64,000 nt of DNA from an uncultured Methanolobus sp. (GTDB lineage: Archaea; Halobacteriota; Methanosarcinia; Methanosarcinales; Methanosarcinaceae): NCBI GenBank assembly GCA_963675495.1, contig OY776215.1, positions 1,184,001-1,248,000 on the forward strand, given 5' to 3'. This document shows, in pieces, positions 10,303-21,900 of this stretch. Under the pieces are notes generated by a model. It was not told the origin of the DNA and ran no database searches. It was given only the letters and a program-made list of their open reading frames with translations. Position 1 is the first letter of the stretch, and every line of letters begins with the position of its first letter. The position numbers were made by a program, and so were the translations under genes.

Positions 10303-10453
10303 AGGATCCCATTTTCATTGGATAATATAATAATAACAAATCATATTGCTTCTTTAACTGCATTTCTATTTAGATTATTTTCACCCTGCTTACAACACTA
10401 TTATTAACCAGATTGACAATATACATTTCTCTTAATTAAAGGACGAGAAAATA

Positions 10454-10882
10454 ATGGATGAAAAAAAACAGATATACTTAGCAGGGCCACTTTTTTCACA
10501 GGCAGAGAGGGATTTCAATATACTGCTAAGGGACAGGCTGGTGGAAATGGGGTTCGCTGTATTCCTTCCTCAGGAGGATGGGAACGACACGCAGTTCAGC
10601 CGCATGGAAGATCGGCAGAGAATTATTTTTGAAAATGATGTCCGTGGAATAGATGGATCTGACATCGTGGTGGCAGTACTGGATGGTGGCAGTGACGTAG
10701 ACTCAGGAACTGCATGGGAAATGGGATATGCCTATGCAAAAGGGATGCCGGTCCTTGGTCTAAAAACCGATTTCAGGACCTTCGGAGATGAAGGCGTTAT
10801 TAATCTCATGATGGGAGTATCGGTTGATGCACTTGAGAGGGATATTGAAGGAATCCTCAAAGTGCTTGAAAACTATCTTTAA
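10454..10882 (+). CDS. nucleoside 2-deoxyribosyltransferase family protein
   Basis: IYLAGPLFS, FLPQE, DSGTAWEMGYAYA motifs. Confidence 0.9.
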   Translation: MDEKKQIYLAGPLFSQAERDFNILLRDRLVEMGFAVFLPQEDGNDTQFSRMEDRQRIIFENDVRGIDGSDIVVAVLDGGSDVDSGTAWEMGYAYAKGMPVLGLKTDFRTFGDEGVINLMMGVSVDALERDIEGILKVLENYL

Positions 10883-10913
10883 ATTGAAAAGGAATTTAAA
10901 ATTTATTCGAACC

Positions 10914-11549
10914 TTATTTACTTGAACACATTTTATCGTTGAAATCTTTTTCAACGATCGCCCCATTAGGCTCTGTTTCAGAGAATATCTGTCCTTCAAA
11001 AGAATACACTTCTGCACCCGTCACCCATGCATCATGTGGAAGACCGGCTTTCATGCATGTGTGATTCAGGAACTCGATCTCATCAAAGTCATTTTCCGGT
11101 GCCACCTGTGGCAAAAGCAAACCCTGCCTGTAACCGCTTTTGACTATAAGCCCATGTCGTCCTACCTTAATAGAAAATGGAAGGTCCTTTGGCGGGACAT
11201 CGACAAGTTCAGGTTTGGTGAGAATGGTCACCTCAACCGCAATACTGCTCATTTCATTAACACGCACCGCAGGGAAGCGAGGGTCCCGCAGAGCCGCGGA
11301 AAGAGCGGAGTCTGTGATAGCGTACCTGAGTGGAGAATCAGCATAAGGATGACCGATACAACCTCGCAGATCTCCATTTACCGTCAGAGTCACAAAGACC
11401 CCCCTTACCTCATTGAATATTTCAGGAAGCTGGATCTCCGAGCCATCCATCATCTCGCCGGTCCTCAAATAAGTTTCAATCGCATCCCTTGCAAGCTGAA
11501 CAGCCGCCTGACCTTCGGTGTTTGAAAGTAATTTTACCCCTTCACTCAT
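10914..11549 (-). CDS. AMMECR1-domain protein (TIGR00296-like)
   Basis: GVFVTL..LRGCIG, RDPRF, GLLLPQVA, CMKAGL. Confidence 0.9.
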   Translation of the reverse strand: MSEGVKLLSNTEGQAAVQLARDAIETYLRTGEMMDGSEIQLPEIFNEVRGVFVTLTVNGDLRGCIGHPYADSPLRYAITDSALSAALRDPRFPAVRVNEMSSIAVEVTILTKPELVDVPPKDLPFSIKVGRHGLIVKSGYRQGLLLPQVAPENDFDEIEFLNHTCMKAGLPHDAWVTGAEVYSFEGQIFSETEPNGAIVEKDFNDKMCSSK

Positions 11550-11587
11550 ACTAAAACTCCTGTTACTCTTAACAGGAAATTATTACC

Positions 11588-12820
11588 TTATCTGTTAAGT
11601 CTGTATCGTGTGGCCGCGATCTTCAGAGCCTCTATTCCCGCCAGAGCATCGCCTGCGAGGTAGTCGATACATGCGCCACCACCTGTGCTCAAGTGTGAGA
11701 AATCATCTTCATAACCAAGATTTCTTATCTCTGCGGAGATATGTCCGCCACCTGCAATAGAGTACTCGGAATTTATTGCTGCCTTGATTATCTCATGCGT
11801 ACCAAGAGCAAAAGGCTCAATCTCAGACAGACCGGCAGGACCATTGAGAACAACGGTTTTTGCATTCTTGATCTCTTCTGAAAAAGCAACTATAGTCTCG
11901 AGACCAATATCATTTATTGGCAAATTATTATCCGGCAGTTCACTCACATTAGCCTCAACGCGTTTGCCACCATCATTAAAAGCAACATCTATTGGATAAC
12001 CAATCTTCCCATTGAATTTATCAAGAACCTGTTTTGCCCTTGCTATCTGGTCCGTATATCCCTGTGACTCAATGAAATCCAGATTCACCTGGCCGATATC
12101 CACACCTGCGGCCGCAAGCATGACATTGGCAACAACCCCAGTAACAAGCACACGGTCAGCACCACCATTGAGAAGTACATTTTCCGCAACTTTCAGGGAG
12201 TCATCGACCTTCGCGCCACCAAGCACAAAGATACATGGTCGTTCACCACCTTTGATACCCCTGTCAAGAGAGTTTATTTCTTTCTCCATCACCCTACCGG
12301 CACCTGTTGGTAAACTTTCAGTAAAGCCCATGATCGAAAGATGGCTTCTGTGAGAAACTGCAAATGCATCATTAAGAAAAATATCAATGAGTGGAGAGAG
12401 TTTACGTACCATGTGAGTGGTTGCATGATCACTGGCAGGCCTTTGCATACTTTCTTCAGAGTAGAACCTTACATTCTCAAGTAATATAACATCGCCTTTT
12501 TCCATCGATGAAATAGAAGACCTCGCATAAGTGCCAAAGATATCGTCAATATACTTTACCTCTTTCCCGAGATATTGAGACATGCGTACAGAATGAGGTT
12601 TCATGGTAGTGAAATCCATTTTTCCTGCTCTACTCTGATGAGCCAATAGCACAACCTTTGCATCTTCAAGATCTTTTATAGTAGGTATATGACTCTTTAT
12701 CCTCATGTCATCGAGAATATGTCCTTCGGTGTCCATCGGAGTGTTCAAATCCACCCTCACAAGTATGGTTTTACCGTCCACATCAAAATCATCAATAGTA
12801 AGATAGTCCCTGGTAGTCAA
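11588..12820 (-). CDS. pgk: phosphoglycerate kinase
   Basis: RVDLN, LLENVRF, NDAFAVSHR, LGGAKVDD, STGGGA; TTG start at 12820 with GGTGA SD (ORF open to 12856). Confidence 0.95.
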   Translation of the reverse strand: MTTRDYLTIDDFDVDGKTILVRVDLNTPMDTEGHILDDMRIKSHIPTIKDLEDAKVVLLAHQSRAGKMDFTTMKPHSVRMSQYLGKEVKYIDDIFGTYARSSISSMEKGDVILLENVRFYSEESMQRPASDHATTHMVRKLSPLIDIFLNDAFAVSHRSHLSIMGFTESLPTGAGRVMEKEINSLDRGIKGGERPCIFVLGGAKVDDSLKVAENVLLNGGADRVLVTGVVANVMLAAAGVDIGQVNLDFIESQGYTDQIARAKQVLDKFNGKIGYPIDVAFNDGGKRVEANVSELPDNNLPINDIGLETIVAFSEEIKNAKTVVLNGPAGLSEIEPFALGTHEIIKAAINSEYSIAGGGHISAEIRNLGYEDDFSHLSTGGGACIDYLAGDALAGIEALKIAATRYRLNR

Positions 12821-13005
12821 AATTCCATCACCGCTTCTTTTAACCTGAATGACCATTGATCAATATAGAATTATTAGTAAGAATATAAATGACGTTTGTA
12901 GTTTAATTTTTTGTCTAAATGAACTAATCTTATTATACCTTTTCCATAAGGATACAAAAGCCAAAAACTAATATCTGTTGCTTCCTATTCCACAGTGGTG
13001 ATCAT

Positions 13006-13569
13006 ATGAAGATACTTGGAATATCAGGAAGCCCTAAAGCTGGCCAGAATAACGATACATTAATTAATAAAGTGCTGGACATCGCAAGTGAAAGAGGTTT
13101 TGAAACTGATTCAGTATTTATTTCCTCATCCAAAATTGCCCCCTGCACTGCATGTGGAGTCTGCGCCAAAGGCGAAAGATGCGTTATTGATGATGATATG
13201 CAGCCCGTTTATGACAAACTTCTCGAGGCTGATGCGATCGTAGTATCATCACCTGTTTACTTTGGAACAATGACAGCACAGCTAAAAGCTCTTTGTGACA
13301 GGAGTGTCGTACACAGGAGACAGGGATTCAAGCTCAGCAACAAACTGGGTGCTGCCATGGCGATCGGTGGCTCAAGGAACGGCGGGCAGGAGAAGACCAT
13401 CCAGACAATACATGAATGGATGCACATACACGGAATGATAGTGATAGGCGATGGCGGACATTTTGGAGGCATACTCAAAAAGCCAGCTGCTGAAGATGAA
13501 GAAGGCATGAAGACCGCAGTTGACACTATCAACAAAGTCTGTGATGTTCTTGAAATGATGAAGAAATGA
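13006..13569 (+). CDS. iron-sulfur flavoprotein (Isf-like flavodoxin family)
   Basis: GISGSP, CX2CX2CX5C (CTACGVCAKGERC), SPVYFG, RNGGQE. Confidence 0.85.
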   Translation: MKILGISGSPKAGQNNDTLINKVLDIASERGFETDSVFISSSKIAPCTACGVCAKGERCVIDDDMQPVYDKLLEADAIVVSSPVYFGTMTAQLKALCDRSVVHRRQGFKLSNKLGAAMAIGGSRNGGQEKTIQTIHEWMHIHGMIVIGDGGHFGGILKKPAAEDEEGMKTAVDTINKVCDVLEMMKK

Positions 13570-13712
13570 ATTATTCTTCACATTTTTAGTCTCTTTTTTA
13601 GGGTCTTAGCACCCTTTCTTTTTCTTTGATTTACATACCCACATGACAAACCATATAAACAAATTGATATAATTGTATTACAGGAATATTTTTCCGTTAC
13701 GTGGGTGCTATC

Positions 13713-15653
13713 ATGGGAGAAAACACAGACCAATCTCAAAAAAACATAACCGGATTCAAACCACCGGAAGATTTTGCCAGAAATGCAATCGTCAACGACC
13801 CTGAAATATACAGGAAGGCTGAAGAAGATCCGGAAAGTTTCTGGGAAGAGAATGCCAATGGCATTGAATGGTACCGGAAATGGAACAAAGTACTGGAATG
13901 GGAACCACCTCATTCAAAATGGTTTCTCGGGGGCAAAATAAACGCATGTTACAACTGTCTTGATGTGAATCTGAAGCAACGTGCCGATAAGACCGCCATA
14001 ATATGGGAAGGTGAAAGCGGAGATATCCGTAAATACACTTACAAGGAACTACTGAAAGAGGTTTCCCGTTTTGCAAATGTCCTTAAAGATATGGGAGTCA
14101 GCAAAGGAGATATTGTAACCATATATCTTCCGATGATACCTGAAGTTGTTATTGCTATGCTTGCATGTGCACGTATAGGAGCACCCCATAGTGTGGTCTT
14201 TGCTGCCTTTTCAGGAGAATCACTTGCCACGCGAATCGGGAATGCAAACAGCAAAGTCCTCATAACCTGTGACGGATACTCGCGCAGGGGAAAGACAGTC
14301 GAACAAAAGAACAAGGTTGACGATGGTATCCGCTCCTGCGGACTTCTGGACAAGGTCATTGTTGTCAAGCACCAGGGGAACGACGTTTCCATGAAAGAAG
14401 GAAGAGATATCTGGTGGCATGATGTAATGAAAGGCTCCGATAGTTCATGCGAACCCGAGGTAATGGACTCAGAGGATATGCTTTTTTTGATGTACACCAG
14501 CGGTACCACAGGCAAACCAAAAGGAATTGTGCATACAACTGGTGGTTACATGGTTGCAACCCATACTACCACAAAATTCGTTTTTGACCTTAAAGAAGAT
14601 GACATATACTGGTGTACCGCTGATTGCGGATGGATAACAGGACATTCCTATCTGGTCTACGGACCACTGTCAAATGGAACAACCCTTGTAATGTATGAAG
14701 GTGCCCCGGATTATCCTGATAAGGACAGATACTGGGACATGATCGAGAGACATAAGATAACTATCCTTTACACCGCACCCACGGCCATTAGAACATTTAT
14801 GAAATGGGGAGAATCCTGGCCGCAAATGCACGACATATCCACGCTAAGACTTATCGGTTCTGTAGGTGAACCCATCAATCCAGGTGCATGGCTGTGGTAT
14901 CATGAGAACATAGGAATGGGTAAATGTCCTGTACTCGATACCTGGTGGCAGACAGAGACCGGAATGATAATGATATCCTCCCTGCCGGGAATAACAACTA
15001 CAAAACCTGGAAGTGCCACAATGCCTCTGCCCGGAATCAAAGCGGCAGTTCTGGATGAGGACGGCAATGAAGTACCTGCAGGTCAGAATGGCTATCTTGC
15101 AGTCCTGAAACCCTGGCCCAGCATGGTCCGCACAGTATTGGGAAACGAGAAACGATTCATTGAGACCTATTGGAGCAAGTGGGACAATAAAACCTACTTC
15201 GCAGGTGATGGTGCCAAGAGAGACGAAGATGGTTATTTCTGGATAATAGGGCGTGTAGATGACGTTATCAAAGTATCAGGCCATCGCATAGGAAGTGCCG
15301 AATTTGAAAGTATACTCGTATCACATCCTTCAGTTGCAGAAGCCGGTGTTGTAGGAAAGGAAGATGAACTTCGAGGTGAAGTGATATACTGTTACGTTAC
15401 TCTCAAATCAGGCATAGAGGAAAGTGATGAGCTTAAAAAAGAACTCACAGCCTATGTTGCAAAGAACATCGGACCCTTTGCACGCCCAAAACAGATAATG
15501 TTCTCAGATGACCTTCCCAAAACCAGAAGTGGAAAGATCATGAGAAGAGTGCTCAAAGCAATTGCAAATGAAAAGGATCCGGGAGACGTTACTACTCTGC
15601 AGGATCCTGCTGTTGTGGAAACGCTAAAAGAGAAAACAAAGATGTTGAAATAA
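13713..15653 (+). CDS. acs: AMP-forming acetyl-CoA synthetase
   Basis: YTSGTTGKPKG, WITGHSY, SVGEPIN, DTWWQTETG, PKTRSGKIMRR. Confidence 0.95.
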   Translation: MGENTDQSQKNITGFKPPEDFARNAIVNDPEIYRKAEEDPESFWEENANGIEWYRKWNKVLEWEPPHSKWFLGGKINACYNCLDVNLKQRADKTAIIWEGESGDIRKYTYKELLKEVSRFANVLKDMGVSKGDIVTIYLPMIPEVVIAMLACARIGAPHSVVFAAFSGESLATRIGNANSKVLITCDGYSRRGKTVEQKNKVDDGIRSCGLLDKVIVVKHQGNDVSMKEGRDIWWHDVMKGSDSSCEPEVMDSEDMLFLMYTSGTTGKPKGIVHTTGGYMVATHTTTKFVFDLKEDDIYWCTADCGWITGHSYLVYGPLSNGTTLVMYEGAPDYPDKDRYWDMIERHKITILYTAPTAIRTFMKWGESWPQMHDISTLRLIGSVGEPINPGAWLWYHENIGMGKCPVLDTWWQTETGMIMISSLPGITTTKPGSATMPLPGIKAAVLDEDGNEVPAGQNGYLAVLKPWPSMVRTVLGNEKRFIETYWSKWDNKTYFAGDGAKRDEDGYFWIIGRVDDVIKVSGHRIGSAEFESILVSHPSVAEAGVVGKEDELRGEVIYCYVTLKSGIEESDELKKELTAYVAKNIGPFARPKQIMFSDDLPKTRSGKIMRRVLKAIANEKDPGDVTTLQDPAVVETLKEKTKMLK

Positions 15654-15670
15654 TCTCAAAACAGGAGAAC

Positions 15671-15699
15671 AGGAGATTTAACTATCTCCTTCATTTTTT
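15671..15699. terminator. hairpin between convergent acs and pta-like genes
   Basis: AGGAGAT-6nt-ATCTCCT followed by T-run. Confidence 0.5.
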
Positions 15700-15706
15700 A
15701 TAGTTA

Positions 15707-16783
15707 TCATTTAAGTTCAATGCCTATACTCTCTGCGATTGCAGGGATATCGAGATGATTTTTCAGAAGCTCAACTATTCTTTCCAGCTTGACCTGTTGT
15801 TTTATATGAGCATGTCCTATGAGGTGCTCCATTCTCTCAATGGTATTCATAGTATCACCACGTACAAGGATAACAGGTATCTCTGCTTCCTCAGCGCTTG
15901 CAAGAACCGCACCACTTGGGCGCATATTGCCTGTAAGTATCAGACACTTAACTCTTGATTCAATGGCAGCCATATGCAGATCTGCCCTGTCACCACCTGT
16001 AATGACTGCGCTGTTAGGCTGACGCCTGAAGTACTTAATAGCAGAGCCAACTTCCATTGCACCCACCAGATAGTGCTCCACAAGCTGGTCCAGTCTGTCC
16101 GGTGCCACAAGAACCTCAGCATGAAGGTCCTCAACTATCTCAGATATAGATACCGAACGCAGGGTATCATCTTCATGAATGGTACCAAATACCCTTATGC
16201 CTTTTTTCTCAAGGAATGGAACCACAAGTTCAGACACTCTGTCTTCCATGTTGCTGGGAACTTCATTGAGTACCAGACCAGTGAGCATATCATCATCCCC
16301 GATGATGCGCATATCGCACAATATACGGTCTACTGCAGAAATTGAATCAAAACGTGTTACAAGAAGCATCTTCATACCCAGTTTAGAGGCAATCTCAGGG
16401 TCTGAAAGGCCATACATAGAACCTCCACCAATGCCCCCGGTGCCCTCTACAAGTACAATATCCCTATCCTTTGATATTACCGAGTAAGCCTCCATAAGTT
16501 TTTCGTTCAGGTCTTTTTCCACACCCTTCAGAGCGTCATCAATGAGGCTATCAGTCAAATGAATAGGAGTTATGTACTTAGCCGGATCATCGATCCCAAG
16601 TAATTTTTTGATGCCTTCTGAATCTTCATCTGTGAGGGAACCCTGTACATCTATCAGGAGATTCCCCACAGGTTTCATATAGCCGACTTTCAGACCACTA
16701 TCCTGGAAGATCTTCCCCAATCCCATACATATAGAACTCTTACCCGAGAACTCTTCTGATGAACTAATCAATATTGAAACCAT
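15707..16783 (-). CDS. phosphotransacetylase-family N-terminal domain protein (BioD-like P-loop + DRTGG), no catalytic PTA domain
   Basis: FSGKS, GYMKPVG, LVEG, VITGGDRAD (DRTGG), LILTG. Confidence 0.85.
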   Translation of the reverse strand: MVSILISSSEEFSGKSSICMGLGKIFQDSGLKVGYMKPVGNLLIDVQGSLTDEDSEGIKKLLGIDDPAKYITPIHLTDSLIDDALKGVEKDLNEKLMEAYSVISKDRDIVLVEGTGGIGGGSMYGLSDPEIASKLGMKMLLVTRFDSISAVDRILCDMRIIGDDDMLTGLVLNEVPSNMEDRVSELVVPFLEKKGIRVFGTIHEDDTLRSVSISEIVEDLHAEVLVAPDRLDQLVEHYLVGAMEVGSAIKYFRRQPNSAVITGGDRADLHMAAIESRVKCLILTGNMRPSGAVLASAEEAEIPVILVRGDTMNTIERMEHLIGHAHIKQQVKLERIVELLKNHLDIPAIAESIGIELK

Positions 16784-16803
16784 ACTATCGTCTCCTTAAA
16801 CTC

Positions 16804-18897
16804 TTAACTATCCAGGGTGAACCTGATATCCATTGCAACACACCCTTCACCTTCGGGCATAACCATTAAAGGATTAATTTCAAACTCCAGTATTTCCGGA
16901 AAATCCGTGACCAATTGCGAAACCTTTAGCAAGGTCTGAATTATCGAATCAATGTCTGATGATGCCTCACCCCTCACCCCCGCTATGAGTGGGTAGGTCT
17001 TAATAGAAGATACCATGTGTTTTGCCTCTGTAACTGTTATAGGGGCAACTGCAAACGAAACGTCTTTCAGGAACTCGACATACGTGCCGCCAAGACCGAA
17101 CATTAACAATGGACCAAACTGTGGGTCCCTATCCATGCCTATGATTACCTCTTTTCCTCCATTTATCATCTGTTGGAGCTGCACACCCGTAACAATGGCA
17201 TCCGGCATGTAGTGCCTCACATCGGACATCATGGAATTGTACGCACGCTCTATATCATCCGCATGTTCAAGGTTCAGGCGGATACCTCCGACATCAGTTT
17301 TATGTGAAATGTCAGGAGACAGTATTTTCATGACAACCGGATAACCCATATCTTCTGCCGCTTTTATGGCTTCAGGAAGTGTTTTTGCAATTTTGGATTC
17401 CACGACTGGAATGTCATATGCTTTGAGTATATCCATAGACTCAAGACCATGTGTCCTTCTCTTTTGTGATGATACACCGTCTATGAACGAGCGGGCAAAT
17501 GTTGTGTCAGAATCCTGTATTGCCGGTTGTTCCTGTTTACGAGTCCTTATGGTATGGTAGTTACAGAGAGCATTCATACTAGCAACTGCTCTTTCAGAAG
17601 AAGAGTAATTTGGAATTCCATACCTTGTGAGGACTTCCTCACCGGCAGCTATTCGACTGCCACCTGCAAAATTGCACAATATTGGCTTCTTTGATTTCTT
17701 TATTTTCTCTGCTACCTTTTCAGCAATACCCGGTACATCTGTCATTGCCTGTGGAGACACCAGGACAATTATACCATTTACATTGATGTCTTCCAGAACA
17801 GTATCAAGAGCATGTTCATATAGATCAGCACCTGCATCCCCAAGGACATCCACCGGGTCATAGAAGTTAGCTGCGGGAGGCATTTTTTCCCGTAATTTTT
17901 CAACTGTAGCTTCTTCAAAGGAAGCTATTGAAAGCCCTGCATTGTAACACGCATCAGCAGTGAGGATACCCAGACCGCCTGCATTAGTTATTATGGCTAT
18001 GTTCCTACCCTCTGGCAACGGGCAGCCTGAGAATGCGCGGCTGTAGTCAAGCATCTCTTCCAGCGAGTCGGCACGGATGACACCACCCTGTTTAAAAGCT
18101 GCATTATAGGCAGCATCCGAGCCTGCCAACGTACCCGTGTGTGAGGATACTGCCCGGGAACCAACTGAAGTTCTTCCGGACTTGACAATGATAATTGGTT
18201 TTGAGCGGGATACACGTTGTGCAATTTGTATGAACTGCGGACCGTCTTTGACACCCTCAAGGTAAGCTGCAATAACCGCTGTTGAAGGGTCATTTTCAAA
18301 CAACTGCAAGAAATCATTCTCTGCCAGAACCGCCTTGTTACCAAGACTTATGAACTTTGAAAAACCAACACCTAGCCTCTCGGCCCAGTCAAGTGTTACA
18401 GTACATATTGCACCGGATTGAGACATCATTGCGATGTTTCCTTCATAAGCCATGTTGGCTGCAAAGGAAGCATTAAGACCTGAAGCAGTATCTATAATAC
18501 CCAGACAGTTAGGACCAATCATTTTCATGCCATACTGGTCACAAATAGATATGCACTCACGTTCAAGACGTGCACCTTCAACACCGGCTTCTTTAAAGCC
18601 TGCAGAAATAATAATTATGTTTTCTATTCCAGCCTTGCCACATTCCTCAACAGAAGTCGGCACCACCCTTGCAGGAACAACAATCACAGCAAGATCTGCT
18701 TTTAGGTCATTCGGAACATTCATTATATTATGATAACATGGTATCCCAAGTATCTCATCAACGTTGGGATTTATTGGTATGATCTTAAGATCACTGCTCT
18801 GCATCAGGTTTTCAAGTACGGCTCTTCCGACCTTTCCTTTTGTTCTGGAAGCACCTATTACAGCTACAATATTAGGATTGAACATTTTTTCCAGCAT
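16804..18897 (-). CDS. ADP-forming acetate--CoA ligase (alpha-beta fusion)
   Basis: VAVIGAS, GPNCLG, SQSGA, catalytic SHTG, TNAGG, ATP-grasp with SHKTDVGG and EINPL; no GNAT domain. Confidence 0.9.
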   Translation of the reverse strand: MLEKMFNPNIVAVIGASRTKGKVGRAVLENLMQSSDLKIIPINPNVDEILGIPCYHNIMNVPNDLKADLAVIVVPARVVPTSVEECGKAGIENIIIISAGFKEAGVEGARLERECISICDQYGMKMIGPNCLGIIDTASGLNASFAANMAYEGNIAMMSQSGAICTVTLDWAERLGVGFSKFISLGNKAVLAENDFLQLFENDPSTAVIAAYLEGVKDGPQFIQIAQRVSRSKPIIIVKSGRTSVGSRAVSSHTGTLAGSDAAYNAAFKQGGVIRADSLEEMLDYSRAFSGCPLPEGRNIAIITNAGGLGILTADACYNAGLSIASFEEATVEKLREKMPPAANFYDPVDVLGDAGADLYEHALDTVLEDINVNGIIVLVSPQAMTDVPGIAEKVAEKIKKSKKPILCNFAGGSRIAAGEEVLTRYGIPNYSSSERAVASMNALCNYHTIRTRKQEQPAIQDSDTTFARSFIDGVSSQKRRTHGLESMDILKAYDIPVVESKIAKTLPEAIKAAEDMGYPVVMKILSPDISHKTDVGGIRLNLEHADDIERAYNSMMSDVRHYMPDAIVTGVQLQQMINGGKEVIIGMDRDPQFGPLLMFGLGGTYVEFLKDVSFAVAPITVTEAKHMVSSIKTYPLIAGVRGEASSDIDSIIQTLLKVSQLVTDFPEILEFEINPLMVMPEGEGCVAMDIRFTLDS

Positions 18898-18998
18898 GAT
18901 TTCTCCCTGAAATATTCCCTTTTAATTAATACAGTTCAATAATAGATAAAACTAAGGGGAAATAGAAAAATAAGGAAAGTTCAAACTTTTACAATTGT

Positions 18999-21900
18999 TT
19001 ACTGTTTTTGCCTTTCCTTTATCTCAGCAATCGTCTTTTCATATATTGCCTTGTAATCTGCTGTCTTCATTTCAGTCAGTTTACCAGATAGAACTGCATA
19101 ATCATTGTGCATTGATTCTGAACTTAACTTATGCTTCATCCACTCTGCAGCATTTATAATGCCTGTCGAAAAAGAATGGAGGGCTTCGTAATATCTGGAA
19201 AGTACCACTGATTCGTTCCTTGATCTGTAACCAATTGCAGAACCAATTGCAAGAATTCCAATGATACCTATGAAGAATATGCCAGTGTTCACAGGGCTCA
19301 CTGGATCATGTTCCAATGCTGTGTTCAATGCCTCTGACTCGGATCTTGATGTTATTGAATTCTGAGTTGATTCACTTCCATAGCTATATTTGACATTTTG
19401 AGCCGTACTCTCCAGAGCCGTGCTCCTCAAAACAGGGCTATTGCCTGTACTCACAATAGAGAATGGAGAGAATCCCGGAGTTTGGGCTTTGTAATAATAA
19501 TAATTGACATCTGTTCCTATTCTTGAAGTTGTGAGTTCTTTCCAGGAACCAGACGAATACCTGCATAGCTTTATAGCCGAAGGATCGGCATTATTATCAG
19601 TAATCCATTTTTTCTCGACCCTGAAGCTGATCTCTGCCGAGGACATATAACCACCGGAATTGAACTTGGCATCTCCGAGCCATATATTGATATGGCGATA
19701 TACATCTCCTTGGGGATTACTGCTAACAAGACTTGACCTATCATATAGTATCTCAATTATTGCTTTTACCTGACCGGCTGCCTTTAGTGAATTGAACTTC
19801 ACATACTCAAGATCATTCTCTGCATTTGGGAACTCAAATACTATTTCCGCTCCCTGAGTTACATATTTCATACCATAATCCTTGTATGCGACATTATCAT
19901 AATCTTCTGCACCGCTTGCAGAACCACCACCACCAGAACCGCCACTACTGTCTGATGTTGAAAAACCACTGAGATCTGTCGTGGAATCTCTATTAACATT
20001 ATACACGCTTATGGACACAGCCTTTGAAGCATTCAGTTTTCCATCTGTAACCCAGAATTCTACAGAATATGTACCTGACTGAGTATAATCAGGTCTCCAG
20101 TGGAATTGTCTTGTAGAAACGTCAAAGGATGCACCTGCAGGCAATCCACTGGCCGAATAAGTCAATTGATCATTATCCACATCCGTTGCATTTACATAAA
20201 AGTTCAGGGTTGCATTTTCATAAAGAGAGAAAGGACCAAAGTTTTCTATTTCAGGTGGAATGTTAGTCTGATACACTTCCACGTGAACTGTTGTAGTGTC
20301 TGTCAGATCACCGTCTGTAACATTGAAGTCAATATAATGGTCACCACTATCAAAATACCCAGGAGTCCATGAATATATATTGCCTGTGACCGTACCATTT
20401 TCAGCAGCACATGAGAAAAATACCCAATCATCATCCGGGTCCCTTGCACTAAGATTTATCTTTAGAATTTCGGTTTCGTTCACAGTATGGATTGGAATAT
20501 AATCGAAAACAGGTGCACGATTGACGTTTGCTACGTTTATAATAACAGTTTCAACCGAGGTATATATTTTATCAGACACACTGAATTCTACTGTATAACT
20601 TCCAGCCTGATCGTATGTAGGAGTCCAGCTGAATTCACCAGTGGTTTTGCCAAAGCTTGCACCGGTTGGAAGTCCAGAATCCGAATATGTTAGTTTATCG
20701 CCATCCACATCTGAAGCATTAAGAACAAAACTAATGAACTCATTTTCCGTTGCCTGCTGGGTTTCCATATGCATTATTACTGGTGGGATATTTGTATTGC
20801 CAACTGCAATGGTTGCGGTCTTCGAATCTGAAAGTTGACCATCAGAGACCGTAAATTGAATTTCATGGAAACCACTCTCGTTTATTCCCGGAACCCATGT
20901 GAAAGTATTACCAGATAGAGTACCATAATTCACATCCTTTGAGAATGTCAGTTCATCACCATCAATATCAATGGCTTGCAGAACAATCGTCACTGTTTCA
21001 AGCTCATTGACCAGTGTATCAGAGATCGAATAGAGAACAGGCGCAGAGTTGGTGTTTCCAACATCAATGTGAACTGTTTTGCTGACATCGAACTCCCCGT
21101 CACTTACTGTGAAAGTGATATGATAACTACCTTCATCCTCATAGCCCGGGGTCCATGAAAAAATACCATTATGCAAAGTACCAAACTCGACATCCTTTGA
21201 GTATACAAGGATGTCACCATCAGGATCTGAATCATTCAAATTGATGATCAAATTACTGTTCTCTGCTATTTGTACACTTTCTGGAGGATTGAGGGATGGT
21301 GCACGATTGATGTTGTTTACAATTACCTCCACGTTTTCCGTGTCTTCTACCAATCCATCAGAAACTACAAATTGAATATGATGATTGCCAGCCTGCTCAT
21401 AGGTAGGAGTCCATGTGAATATACCCGTGGATCCATCGATATGTGCCCCTGAAGGCAAGGAAGTAGCAGAATAGTATAGAGTATCAGCATCGTCGTCTTC
21501 TGCATCCAGGGTAAAGGTCAAAAATGAATTTTCATCTGTGGATTGGTCACCTATAACAGCTAGTCTTGGAGGAAGGTTAACATGCAGAACAGTTATGCTA
21601 ATTGTTTCGGAATCTGAGAGGGAATCATCATTTACTGTGAAAGTGACATTATATTCACCAGAGTCATCATAACCTGGAGTCCAGACGAATTTATGATCAG
21701 TTGAATTGAAGCTTGCTCCAGGGGGAAGATCACCTACTGAATAAACAAGGGAATCAGCATCAGGATCACTGGCACTTACGGTGAAATGCAACTCTGTGTT
21801 TTCGCTGATAGTTTTATCGCCAATATTAGAAAGGACAGGAGCACGATTAACAGAGCCAACACTGATAGATATGGTTTCGGAATCGGAAAGGAAACCATCA

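Noticed and set aside
16804-18897. Acd-like gene as a Pat/PatZ protein acetyltransferase regulating Acs
   Set aside because: No GNAT domain and both catalytic His motifs are intact
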